This document shows, one piece after another, positions 31,041 to 39,948 of a stretch of DNA of 64,000 bases. Origin of the DNA: Minisyncoccia bacterium (lineage in GTDB: Bacteria > Patescibacteriota > Minisyncoccia > Phycocordibacterales > PALSA-1337); contig JBGAUV010000001.1 in the NCBI GenBank assembly GCA_044228445.1, forward strand, positions 79,827 through 143,826. The letters are read 5' to 3'. Numbering within the stretch: the first letter of the stretch is position 1; each line of letters opens with the position of its first letter. Below the pieces are notes generated by a model. The model saw only the letters and a program-made list of their open reading frames with translations, was not told the origin of the DNA and did not search any database. A program made the translations under genes and the position numbers.

Positions 31041-31134
31041 TCTATTTAATAACTCGTTTATCTACATATATAGTACTATCATTTAAACTAATTTCAATTG
31101 ACACTAAGTCAGTTTTTCTTTTTAAAGTTAAATT

Positions 31135-32814
31135 TTAGGCTTCAATTGAAATAACTCTCTCTAATTCTTCTATTGTTGTAATTCCATTTAGAATTTTTAT
31201 GGCACCATCTTGTGTCATAGTAAGAATTCCTTCACTTAATGCAACTTTTGCTATTTCATCTTCACTAGAATTATTGTTAATTGCTTCATTTATACTTGGA
31301 TTTAACTTTATTCCTTCATAAATTCCAATTCTTCCTTTGTATCCAGTGTTATTACATTTTTCACAACCAACTGCCACGCATACTTTATCTGTTACTTTAG
31401 GAATTTCTGTTTTATCAACAATAGAATTTAATATTTCATCGATTTTTTTCTTTGTTTCACCTTCCAAAACAATTTCTTTTTTACAAAACTGACAAAGTTT
31501 TCTAAGTAGTCTTTGAGCCAAAGCAATATTTATTGAAGAGCTCATTATTTTTGGGTTTATACCTAGATCAATAAGTCTTGGAAATGAACCAGCAGCACTG
31601 TTTGTGTGTAGGGTAGAGAATACAAGGTGTCCTGTAAGTGAAGAGTTAACAGCAATACTTGCTGTCTCACTATCTCGAATTTCTCCTACCATTATTATGT
31701 CCGGATCTTGGCGCAAAGCAGAACGTAGTCCTTCTAAGAAAGTATATCCTTTATCATTAACTTGAGTTTGAACAATTCCTTGTAAATGATATTCAATAGG
31801 ATCTTCAATTGTTATTATTTTTACTTCTGGACTATGTACTTTTTTCAAAAAAGCATAAAGAGTTGTTGTTTTTCCTGATCCAGTTGGACCTGTTGTAAGG
31901 AGCATTCCATTTGGTTTTTTTATTTCACTTTCTATTATGGATAAAAGCTTTTTTGGAATACCGAGTTCTTCCATAGGTATAGAAATTGTTTTTGGATTCA
32001 AAAGACGCATTACTATAGATTCATTATATGCACCTGGAAGTATAGATGTTCTTATTTCTATATCATTACTACCAATACGAACACTAAATCTTCCATCTTG
32101 AGAATCTTTTTTTATATTTAATTTGAGTCCAGAAAGAAGCTTTATACGAGAAAGTAATAGGGAATAAGTTTCCAAATCAAAATCAATAACTTTTACCAGA
32201 ACTCCATCAAGTCTATATCTAAGTCTTATATATGCTTCTTCTGGTTCTATGTGAATATCTGAAGCGTCGGTTGATAAAGCTCCAGCAAGTATTGTTTCTA
32301 GTATTCTTGAAACTCTATAACTCTTTTTCATTGAAAGAGTGGTTTTTAGTATTTCTATAATAGCAGGTAGGTCTTTTATTTTTTTTACGATTTCTCCAAT
32401 CTCTTCACTAGAAATTTCAAGTGAACCCGCTTTTGATTCATAAGCAAAAGAAAGGTCTTTATATGTATTCCAAGCTTTTTCAAGGCTAGTCGTTGAACAC
32501 ATAACTAATACAGGTTCATAACCTTTTTCTTTTAAATCATTTACTATTTCATCTACTTTTGGATCTGCTGGGTTTCTTACCCCTATTTTTACTTTTCTAC
32601 CTGTAATTGCAAAACCTGCCACCTTTGTTTCTCTTGCTGTTTTTTCATCTATTAATCTCAAAGCATCGGTATTTATTGATACTGCGGATAAATCTATATA
32701 TTCAAGATTGTGTTTTGCTGAAAGTAATTCAACTAGTTCCTCTTCCTCTTTTTTCAAGAGGTCATTCATTTTTCTATTTTGCTTATCTTCATCAAATGTG
32801 ATCATAATATACAT
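31135..32814 (-). CDS. pilB: GspE/PilB type IV pilus assembly ATPase
   Basis: ASDIHIEP, QDGRF, GPTGSGKTTTLY, TIEDPIEY, LRQDPD, TGHLVFSTLHTN, CxxC pairs. Confidence 0.9.
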   Translation of the reverse strand: MYIMITFDEDKQNRKMNDLLKKEEEELVELLSAKHNLEYIDLSAVSINTDALRLIDEKTARETKVAGFAITGRKVKIGVRNPADPKVDEIVNDLKEKGYEPVLVMCSTTSLEKAWNTYKDLSFAYESKAGSLEISSEEIGEIVKKIKDLPAIIEILKTTLSMKKSYRVSRILETILAGALSTDASDIHIEPEEAYIRLRYRLDGVLVKVIDFDLETYSLLLSRIKLLSGLKLNIKKDSQDGRFSVRIGSNDIEIRTSILPGAYNESIVMRLLNPKTISIPMEELGIPKKLLSIIESEIKKPNGMLLTTGPTGSGKTTTLYAFLKKVHSPEVKIITIEDPIEYHLQGIVQTQVNDKGYTFLEGLRSALRQDPDIIMVGEIRDSETASIAVNSSLTGHLVFSTLHTNSAAGSFPRLIDLGINPKIMSSSINIALAQRLLRKLCQFCKKEIVLEGETKKKIDEILNSIVDKTEIPKVTDKVCVAVGCEKCNNTGYKGRIGIYEGIKLNPSINEAINNNSSEDEIAKVALSEGILTMTQDGAIKILNGITTIEELERVISIEA

Positions 32815-32819
32815 TATTA

Positions 32820-32941
32820 TAACCCAGAGTGGCTGTTTTGGTAGATAGAGCTAAAAGTTATAAGCCAGAGTAGCCGTTTTGGTAGAGAGATCTAAAAGTT
32901 ATAAGCCAGAGTAGCTTACTTGGTAGTGTTAGCTAGTAATG
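32820..32941 (+). repeat. Three ~41-bp tandem repeats copying the 5' end of tRNA-Thr
   Basis: TAAcCCAGAGTgGCTgtTTTGGTAG / TAAGCCAGAGTAGCcgtTTTGGTAG / TAAGCCAGAGTAGCTTAcTTGGTAG versus tRNA TAAGCCAGAGTAGCTTAGTTGGTAG. Confidence 0.9.
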
Positions 32942-32944
32942 TAA

Positions 32945-33017
32945 GCCAGAGTAGCTTAGTTGGTAGAGCAACGCTTTCGTAAAGCGGAGGTCGCGGGTTC
33001 GATTCCCGCCTTTGGCT
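32945..33017 (+). tRNA. tRNA-Thr(CGT)
   Basis: Cloverleaf; anticodon loop TTCGTAA; GGTTCGATTCC T-arm; CCA not encoded. Confidence 0.95.
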
Positions 33018-33073
33018 CAATATTTATCCACCTAATATATTGCTTTTTAAAATGATAGGAGTATATTTTATTT

Positions 33074-33287
33074 GGGTGGTCATTGTTCTTTTTTGTGTTT
33101 ATGGGATGGTGGGAGTCTATCGTGACTACTTCGGGTTCTTCATACATTACTTCACTTGTACCCAGATTCACAAACCCCATTATCTTTCACCACAGGTTAA
33201 AGCGTCTTCCGCTTTTAAATCTGTGAGAACACCGACTTTGACCACCTTTTCTTTATAACCCGAGCGCAAGCTTAGGGTTTCTTTTTT
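33074..33287 (+). ncRNA. Candidate structured ncRNA B with terminator
   Basis: TTGCTT-16-TATATT promoter; GGGTGGTCA/TGACCACCT closing stem; terminator 33257-33287. Confidence 0.6.
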
Positions 33288-33332
33288 AATTATTAAATTT
33301 GACAATATTTTATATAGGAGTAGAGTAGTGGT

Positions 33333-33531
33333 GGGTGGTTCAGGTGTTCTTTAAACAGCAGCGACAACCCTTTCTAGAGGGGAACTTAATAAAAGCCCGT
33401 TGCGGGTTCAAAAAAAGAAAAAATCGTTGCTGATAAGATGTTGTTGAGGCGAATAACACTGCTTCACTTCATTGTTACTTGAACCACCCGCTCTTTCAGC
33501 GCTTTTCCTAACGGACTGGCGCTTTTCTTTT
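33333..33531 (+). ncRNA. Candidate structured ncRNA C with terminator (paralog of B)
   Basis: TTGACA-16-TAGAGT promoter; GGGTGGTTCAGGTG/TACTTGAACCACCC closing stem; terminator 33498-33531. Confidence 0.65.
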
Positions 33532-33568
33532 GCTTTCTCTTTATTTGTATTTCTGATACTCTTTTAAT

Positions 33569-34465
33569 ATGGATTTGGATAAAGTAGAAATAAAGAAAAG
33601 AATAGATGAAATTGAAGCAATGATGCAAAGTGCTGATTTTTGGATTGATAAAAACAAGGCTCAAGCTCTAGTTAAAGAATTGAAAGATAAAAAAGATGAA
33701 TATGAAACAGGTGGAGCAAAAGCAAAATATGATAAAGGAGAAGCAATTATAACTATTTTTTCAGGTGCAGGAGGGGATGATGCTGAAGATTTTTCAGCTA
33801 TCCTATTTAAAATGTATAGAAAGTATATAGAAAATAAAGGTTTTGGTATGGAAATAATTCATACAAATACCAATGATCATGGTGGATATAGAAATATAAC
33901 TTTTGAGGTAAAGGGTAAGGGAGCTTATGGAGATTTAAAAAATGAATCAGGAGTACATAGACTAGTACGTATTTCACCCTTTAATGCTAAAAAACTAAGA
34001 CACACCTCTTTTTCTATGGTTGAAGTTATACCAAAGTTTGAAAAAGCTAATAGTGCAGATATCGATATTCCTGATAAAGATCTTGAAATATCAATAGCAA
34101 AATCTGGTGGTCCTGGAGGACAAAATGTAAATAAAAGAGAAACTGCTGTGAGAATTGTCCATATTCCAACTGGAATATCAGTTCATGTTACAAGTGAGAG
34201 ATCTCAAGCTCAGAATAAAGAAAAGGCTATGGATATAATAAAAGGAAAGCTATTTAAGGTTATGGAAGAAGAGAGAATTGCAAAAGAAAAAGGTATGCAA
34301 ATAAGCAAAACAACTTCAATAGAATGGGGAAATCAAATAAGATCATATGTAATGCACCCATATAAAATGGTGAAGGATCATAGAACAAATGTAGAAACAT
34401 CAGACATTGATTCTGTATTAGAAGGGAAGATTGAAGAATTTTTACAAGCCGAGAAAGCAATATAA
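33569..34465 (+). CDS. prfB: Peptide chain release factor 2 (short, no programmed frameshift)
   Basis: ESGVHRLVRISPF (SPF), GGPGGQNVNK, WGNQIRSY. Confidence 0.93.
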   Translation: MDLDKVEIKKRIDEIEAMMQSADFWIDKNKAQALVKELKDKKDEYETGGAKAKYDKGEAIITIFSGAGGDDAEDFSAILFKMYRKYIENKGFGMEIIHTNTNDHGGYRNITFEVKGKGAYGDLKNESGVHRLVRISPFNAKKLRHTSFSMVEVIPKFEKANSADIDIPDKDLEISIAKSGGPGGQNVNKRETAVRIVHIPTGISVHVTSERSQAQNKEKAMDIIKGKLFKVMEEERIAKEKGMQISKTTSIEWGNQIRSYVMHPYKMVKDHRTNVETSDIDSVLEGKIEEFLQAEKAI

Positions 34466-34486
34466 TGTTTATGATATACTAAATGT

Positions 34487-35167
34487 ATGATTTATTTTGA
34501 GAAAGTTTCAAAGATATACCCTGACAAATCTCATGCATTAGATAGTGTGACTTTTTCTGTTGAACCAAAAGAATTTACAACAATAGTTGGACACTCAGGT
34601 GCTGGTAAAACAACACTTCTTAAAATGCTTATTGCTGAAGATAGACCTACACATGGCTCTATATTTTTTGAATCAAAGAATATTCATAAACTTGGTAAGA
34701 GTGATATAAATAAATTAAGAAGAAGGATAGGAACAGTTTTTCAGGATTTTAGACTTATACCAAATAAGACTACATATGAAAATATAGCTTTTGCTATGGA
34801 GGCTTCAGGTAGAACAGATAAAGAAATAGCCTCAGACGTTCCTTATGTTCTTGATCTAGTAAATCTTGGAGATAAAATATGGAATTTTCCACATGAACTT
34901 TCAGGAGGGGAAAAACAAAGAGTTGCTATAGCTAGAGCAATTGTAAATCAACCAGATATAATAATTGCTGATGAACCAACAGGAAATCTTGATCCAGTAA
35001 ATACATTTGAAATCATAAAGATAATTCAAAAGATAAATGAACTTGGAACTACAGTTTTACTTACTACACACAATAAAGGTGTGGTAGACATGGTTGGAGG
35101 TAGGGTTATTACAATGGAAAAGGGTAAGATTATTAGAGATGATAAAAGCGGAAAATATATTTTATAA
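34487..35167 (+). CDS. ftsE: Cell division ATP-binding protein FtsE
   Basis: [33 protein letters not shown]; followed by ftsX. Confidence 0.92.
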   Translation: MIYFEKVSKIYPDKSHALDSVTFSVEPKEFTTIVGHSGAGKTTLLKMLIAEDRPTHGSIFFESKNIHKLGKSDINKLRRRIGTVFQDFRLIPNKTTYENIAFAMEASGRTDKEIASDVPYVLDLVNLGDKIWNFPHELSGGEKQRVAIARAIVNQPDIIIADEPTGNLDPVNTFEIIKIIQKINELGTTVLLTTHNKGVVDMVGGRVITMEKGKIIRDDKSGKYIL

Positions 35168-35169
35168 AT

Positions 35170-36126
35170 ATGATATTTACATCAGCAAAAAGAGTAATTA
35201 AAACAGGTTTTATAAATTTTTGGAGAAATGGCTTTTTATCACTAGCCGCTGTAATAACAATTACACTATCTCTTTTAGCTTTTGGTGTACTTATATTTGC
35301 TAGTGCTTTTGGTCAGACACTTGTAGATCAGATAAAGAACAAGGTTGATATAAATGTGTATTTGACTCTAAATGCAGATGAAGCAGATATACTTAATTTA
35401 AAGAGAACAATTGAACAATTGCCAGAGGTTAGTAAGGTTGAATATATAAATAGAGATCAGGTACTAGCAGATTTTAAAGATAAATGGAAAGATAATTCAC
35501 TTATATTACAAGGACTTGAAGAAATAGGGGACAATCCTTTTCCAGCTGTGCTAAATGTAAAAGCAAAAGAACCAAGTCAATATGCAGGAATTTCAAGTTT
35601 CCTTGAAGGCAAAGGTTCATTGTCAAAAGGTGGAATATCTATAGTTGATAAAGTTAATTACAATCAAAATAAACTAGTTATCGATAGATTAGGAAGAATT
35701 ATTCCAGCTGTAGAAAATACCGGATCTATATTAGCTATTACTTTAGTTGTTGTAGCTATTATTATTACTTTCAATACTATTAGATTGATTATATATACTG
35801 CAAAGGATGAAATATCTGTTATGAAACTTGTTGGAGCTTCAAATTCATATATACGTTGGCCTTTTGTAGTTTCGGGTATTATGTGCGGTATATTTTCTGG
35901 AATTTTAACAATAATACTTTTATCAGTTATGGCTTATTATAGTGATGTTGCTATTGTTAAATTTGCAGGTATTGAAAATGCTAATGATTTTGGTCTTTCT
36001 TCAAGTGTTCTTTTGAAATATTTATTAAAAAACATCACTCAGATTTTTGTAATAATTATGGGTTCAGGAATAGTTCTTGGAGCTATATCTAGTTATTTGG
36101 CAGTAAGAAGATATTTGAAGGTTTAG
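35170..36126 (+). CDS. ftsX: Cell division permease FtsX
   Basis: FWRN, NPFP, NTIRL, EISVMKLVGAS. Confidence 0.92.
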   Translation: MIFTSAKRVIKTGFINFWRNGFLSLAAVITITLSLLAFGVLIFASAFGQTLVDQIKNKVDINVYLTLNADEADILNLKRTIEQLPEVSKVEYINRDQVLADFKDKWKDNSLILQGLEEIGDNPFPAVLNVKAKEPSQYAGISSFLEGKGSLSKGGISIVDKVNYNQNKLVIDRLGRIIPAVENTGSILAITLVVVAIIITFNTIRLIIYTAKDEISVMKLVGASNSYIRWPFVVSGIMCGIFSGILTIILLSVMAYYSDVAIVKFAGIENANDFGLSSSVLLKYLLKNITQIFVIIMGSGIVLGAISSYLAVRRYLKV

Positions 36127-36147
36127 TTCATCAAAAGTTTTTCTGTG

Positions 36148-36249
36148 ACAAAATAGGTTCGCTCCCTTGCGCTGCGGAAGCTCCTTTTTCTTCCGATCAT
36201 AGATCTCAGAAAAAAGGACTTCCTTCGCCGGTCGCTCACACTATTTTGT
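36148..36249. repeat. ~100-bp interrupted palindrome with tandem GAGCGA motifs (REP/MITE-like)
   Basis: ACAAAATAG/CTATTTTGT ends; GGAAG-C-TCCTTTTTCT/AGAAAAAAGGA-CTTCC core. Confidence 0.55.
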
Positions 36250-36259
36250 ATATATAAAT

Positions 36260-36391
36260 AAAAAAAGCTGGTCAATTCACAGAGGAATCAACCAGCTAGA
36301 CGAGAAAACGAGAAAACAGAAATACGAGCGTAAGGCTAAAAGGCTTTGTTGGAAACTCAACCTTCGTATGTAAAGAACACAAATTCAATAC
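36260..36391 (-). ncRNA. Candidate sRNA D with terminator
   Basis: TTGACA(36425)-16-TATTAT; TGTTCTTTACA near 5' end; terminator AGCTGGTTGATTC/GAATTGACCAGCT+T-tract. Confidence 0.55.
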
Positions 36392-36515
36392 ATTATAATA
36401 ATATACTATTTAATATTTTTGTCAAGTGATCTAAAATTTAAAATACATTTCCGAAAATGTGTGTGCTAATTGAAAATTTTTTTGCATTTAAAATACGCTT
36501 TGATAAAATGACTTT

Positions 36516-38363
36516 ATGGCAAGCAGAAAACCGGCACGACAGGGCAAAAATAAAAAGGTTGTAAAAAAGTTAGATAAGAAAAAAGAAAAGAAAGTCGAAG
36601 TAAAAAACAGCCAAAAAAAAGTTGTGGTAAAGAATAAAAAGATAAACCACAAGTATATTTTTGTCATCGGTGGAGTAATGTCAGGAGTAGGAAAGGGAAT
36701 AGCAACATCATCTATAGGTACATTACTCAATGCAAAAGGTTTCAAAGTTAATCTCGTAAAGGTAGATCCATATTTAAATGTTGATGCAGGAACAATGAAC
36801 CCTACAGAACATGGGGAAGTTTTTGTACTTGATTCTGGTCTTGAAACTGATCAAGATATGGGAAATTATGAAAGATTTTTAAATAGAGACCTTACTCCTG
36901 GAGACTATATAACTAGCGGTATGGTATACAAAGCCGTTATAGATAGAGAAAGAAATCTGGGTTATGGAGGTAAATGTGTTGAAGCAGTTCCACATATTAG
37001 AGATGAAATTGTCGCTAGATTTGAAAATTCAGCAAAAATAAATAAATCAGATATAACTATAGTTGAAATAGGTGGAACAGTAGGAGATTATCAAAATATA
37101 ATGTTCATAGAAGCGGCGAGAGTGCTAAAGATTCGTCACCCAGATGATTGTATATTTATTATGGTTAGCTATCTTCCAATACCAGGAAAGATAGGAGAAA
37201 TGAAATCAAGACCTACACAACATGCTGTAAGGCAATTGGCTGGATATGGAGTGCATACTGATATTATAATTGCTCGTTCAGAACTACCAGTTGATGAAAA
37301 GAGAAAAGAAAAAATAGCAGTTTCATGCAATATCTTACCCGAAAATGTTATTTCAGCTCCAGATATAGATAGTGTTTATGATGTTCCATTAAATTTTGAA
37401 AAAGATAAACTAGGTAAAATAATATTAAAATCTTTAAGAATTGATGATGTTCAAGGTGGTGAGGGTCTAGGTGAATGGTCAAAGTTTGCAAAAGGAATAA
37501 AGAACCATAAAGACATACTAGATATAGCAATAGTAGGAAAGTATTTTAATACAGGAGACTTTGTGCTTACTGATTCATATCTTTCAGTTATAGAATCAAT
37601 AAAGTATTCAGCAAATCTCCATAAAACAAAAGTAAAAATATCAACAATAAATGCTAGAGATTTTGAAAAAGAAAATCCTGATTATTCAGAATTAAATAAA
37701 TACGATGGAATAATAGTTCCTGGAGGATTTGGAGAAACAGGAATAGAAGGAAAGTTAAATGTAATAAGATATTGTAGAGAAAATAAACTTCCATACTTTG
37801 GTTTGTGTTACGGTATGCAACTTATGACTATAGAATATGCTCGAAATGTACTAGGTCTACAAGGTGCTCATACAGCTGAAATAAATCCAAATGCTCCACA
37901 TCTAGTAATAGATATAATGCCTGATCAAAAGAAAAAGATGGAAGAAAAAAACTATGGTGGTTCTATGAGACTAGGGCTTTATCCAACAAAACTTTATCCA
38001 AATACAATTGCCAGACAAGCATATGGTGTGCCAAGTATAAAAGAAAGACATAGACACCGCTATGAAGTTAATCCTAGTTATATAGAAAAAATAGAAAAAG
38101 GAGGTCTGGTTTTCTCAGGAAAATCACCAGATGAAACACTAATGGAAATAGCAGAACTACCTCGTGAAGTACACCCATTTTTCCTAGGAACACAATTTCA
38201 CCCAGAATTCCTTGCAAGACCATTGCGTCCACATCCACTTTTCAGTGAATTTATTAAAGCAAGTAAAGAGAATAGAAAAATAAAAGATAAAAAAGAAATA
38301 GAAAAGAATCAGGGACAAGTTGTGGTAGATAGAGAAGAGAGTGATCTAGTAGTGGGGGAGTAA
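36516..38363 (+). CDS. pyrG: CTP synthase
   Basis: GGVMSGVGKG, DPYLNVDAGTM, GLCYGMQ, RHRHRYE, QFHPEF. Confidence 0.97.
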   Translation: MASRKPARQGKNKKVVKKLDKKKEKKVEVKNSQKKVVVKNKKINHKYIFVIGGVMSGVGKGIATSSIGTLLNAKGFKVNLVKVDPYLNVDAGTMNPTEHGEVFVLDSGLETDQDMGNYERFLNRDLTPGDYITSGMVYKAVIDRERNLGYGGKCVEAVPHIRDEIVARFENSAKINKSDITIVEIGGTVGDYQNIMFIEAARVLKIRHPDDCIFIMVSYLPIPGKIGEMKSRPTQHAVRQLAGYGVHTDIIIARSELPVDEKRKEKIAVSCNILPENVISAPDIDSVYDVPLNFEKDKLGKIILKSLRIDDVQGGEGLGEWSKFAKGIKNHKDILDIAIVGKYFNTGDFVLTDSYLSVIESIKYSANLHKTKVKISTINARDFEKENPDYSELNKYDGIIVPGGFGETGIEGKLNVIRYCRENKLPYFGLCYGMQLMTIEYARNVLGLQGAHTAEINPNAPHLVIDIMPDQKKKMEEKNYGGSMRLGLYPTKLYPNTIARQAYGVPSIKERHRHRYEVNPSYIEKIEKGGLVFSGKSPDETLMEIAELPREVHPFFLGTQFHPEFLARPLRPHPLFSEFIKASKENRKIKDKKEIEKNQGQVVVDREESDLVVGE

Positions 38364-38365
38364 AA

Positions 38366-38905
38366 ATGGAAAATATAATAATAACAACACCAAAAGTTGA
38401 GGATGTGTGGGGTATACAAAATGTATACTATGAGTCATGGTTAGCTACCTATCCAAATGAACAATATAAAATAACAGTAGATGATATAGAAGATAATTTT
38501 AAAGATTCATTTACAGAAGAAACTTTAAATAAAAGAAGACAAGCAATACTAAACCCAGACCCAGATTCAAAATTAAAAGTCTTAATAGCTAAACATGATG
38601 ATAAGGTTGTCGGTGTTTGTAGAGTTGAGTTATTACCAGAGAAAAATCAATTAAGAACCATATACCTTTTACCTGAATATTTTGGTAAAGGAATAGGTAC
38701 AAAACTATGGAATGAAATAAAAAAGTTTTGTGATCCTAATAAACCTACATATGTTGAGGTTGTTGAATATAACGATCAAGCAATAAATTTTTATAAAAAA
38801 CTAGGTTTTGTTGAAACAGGAAAAAAGTTTTCTGATGAAAGATTTAGAATGAAAAGTGGTTCAATCTTTCCAGAAATAGAAATGGTATTAAAAGTAAAGG
38901 AATAA
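38366..38905 (+). CDS. GNAT family N-acetyltransferase
   Basis: IYLLPEYFGKGIGTKL, NDQAINFYKKLGF. Confidence 0.9.
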   Translation: MENIIITTPKVEDVWGIQNVYYESWLATYPNEQYKITVDDIEDNFKDSFTEETLNKRRQAILNPDPDSKLKVLIAKHDDKVVGVCRVELLPEKNQLRTIYLLPEYFGKGIGTKLWNEIKKFCDPNKPTYVEVVEYNDQAINFYKKLGFVETGKKFSDERFRMKSGSIFPEIEMVLKVKE

Positions 38906-38916
38906 AATAAAAAATA

Positions 38917-39085
38917 GAAAAGGCTGGAGCCATAGGAAGCAATGCCTCCGTTAGGAATCCAACCTTCGCCTTGAGTCGAGGACCAAGCCCAAAAACTCAA
39001 GATCTAACGTTCAATCCGTTCGTACGCACCAGATTGAAAGTCATAGTCCTTCCATACGGCCTTTCGGCTCATGGGTAGACGGTGG
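38917..39085 (-). ncRNA. Candidate structured ncRNA E
   Basis: TTGCAA-17-TAATAT on minus; nested stems with G-U pairs on minus strand; GC-richer than flanks. Confidence 0.55.
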
Positions 39086-39159
39086 TTATATTATAATAAA
39101 TGAAATTTAATTGCAATGTGTCTTGAATATTATGCTTTTTTAGCGTATTTTGTATGTAT

Positions 39160-39233
39160 TGCGGGATCATCTAATGGTAGGATGCAGCTCTCTGAAAGCT
39201 GTCATCTTGGTTCGAATCCAAGTCCCGCAGCCA
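39160..39233 (+). tRNA. tRNA-Gln(CTG)
   Basis: Cloverleaf; anticodon loop CTCTGAA; GGTTCGAATCC; encoded CCA. Confidence 0.95.
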
Positions 39234-39270
39234 AGTAAATTATTTTTTTGTTTTTAATATATTTAAATAA

Positions 39271-39882
39271 ATGTGTCGTATTGTAAAAAATAAACTGGAA
39301 GAACTAGTGAAAAATAAAAAGCTTTCCGAAGCAGAAGTACTTTATTTTATAGTCCACTTAGGAAAAATTATTGAAGAGACTAACATAAAAGATGAATATG
39401 ATTTAATCAAATTTTATAGAAATTGGTGCTGTTACTCTTGTATTACAAAAGACACACATAATATTTTTATAAGAACAAAAGAAACAATTAAAGATGATGA
39501 AGATAATAAAATCTATAATACTGATAAAAAGTACGAATTTATTCAAGAAAAAGTTAATTTTATGGAAAAAATTCAAGTTAATATTGAAAATGAATTAAAC
39601 AAATATTCCTTTGATAATTTAAAACTTGAAATTGAAAAATTTTGTTCAGAAAAATTAAGAAATCCAATTGAATTTGAATGGAAGGTTTTTTTTGAAAAAT
39701 TATCTGAAATAATAATTCATACACCACTTATAATTAAGAATGAATCAAACAATCTCTTAAAAATTGAATTAAAAAAAGTTTCTGGCCTAGGAATATTTGA
39801 TGGTATTCAAGTTTCAATAATTTTAGAAAATAACAACGTTGCAAGTTATGGAGGGAAAATGGATAAAATATTCGGTTACTAA
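39271..39882 (+). CDS. Hypothetical protein
   Basis: 203 aa very AT-rich ORF right after tRNA-Gln. Confidence 0.6.
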   Translation: MCRIVKNKLEELVKNKKLSEAEVLYFIVHLGKIIEETNIKDEYDLIKFYRNWCCYSCITKDTHNIFIRTKETIKDDEDNKIYNTDKKYEFIQEKVNFMEKIQVNIENELNKYSFDNLKLEIEKFCSEKLRNPIEFEWKVFFEKLSEIIIHTPLIIKNESNNLLKIELKKVSGLGIFDGIQVSIILENNNVASYGGKMDKIFGY

Positions 39883-39948
39883 TAATTTTGTAGTAATACA
39901 TAAAAATAATAGGGTCAAAAGTATAAAAAGTGTTAAAATAAGTAAATA

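Noticed and set aside
32820-32970. CRISPR array
   Set aside because: Repeats are tRNA-derived, the ~16-nt linkers resemble each other, and no cas genes are in the window
33040-33258. 72-aa ORF after tRNA-Thr as a protein gene
   Set aside because: Its TTG start is the -35 box and the ORF runs through the -10; the region is better explained as a structured RNA paralogous to the next unit (not fully excluded)
33333-33568. ncRNA C as an attenuator of prfB
   Set aside because: prfB has its own TGaTACTCT-N6-ATG promoter after the terminator
30820-39085. RNase P RNA, tmRNA or SRP RNA identities for the ncRNA candidates
   Set aside because: No GAGGAAAGTCC core, no tRNA-like ends or tag ORF, no SRP domain IV motif; too short for the first two
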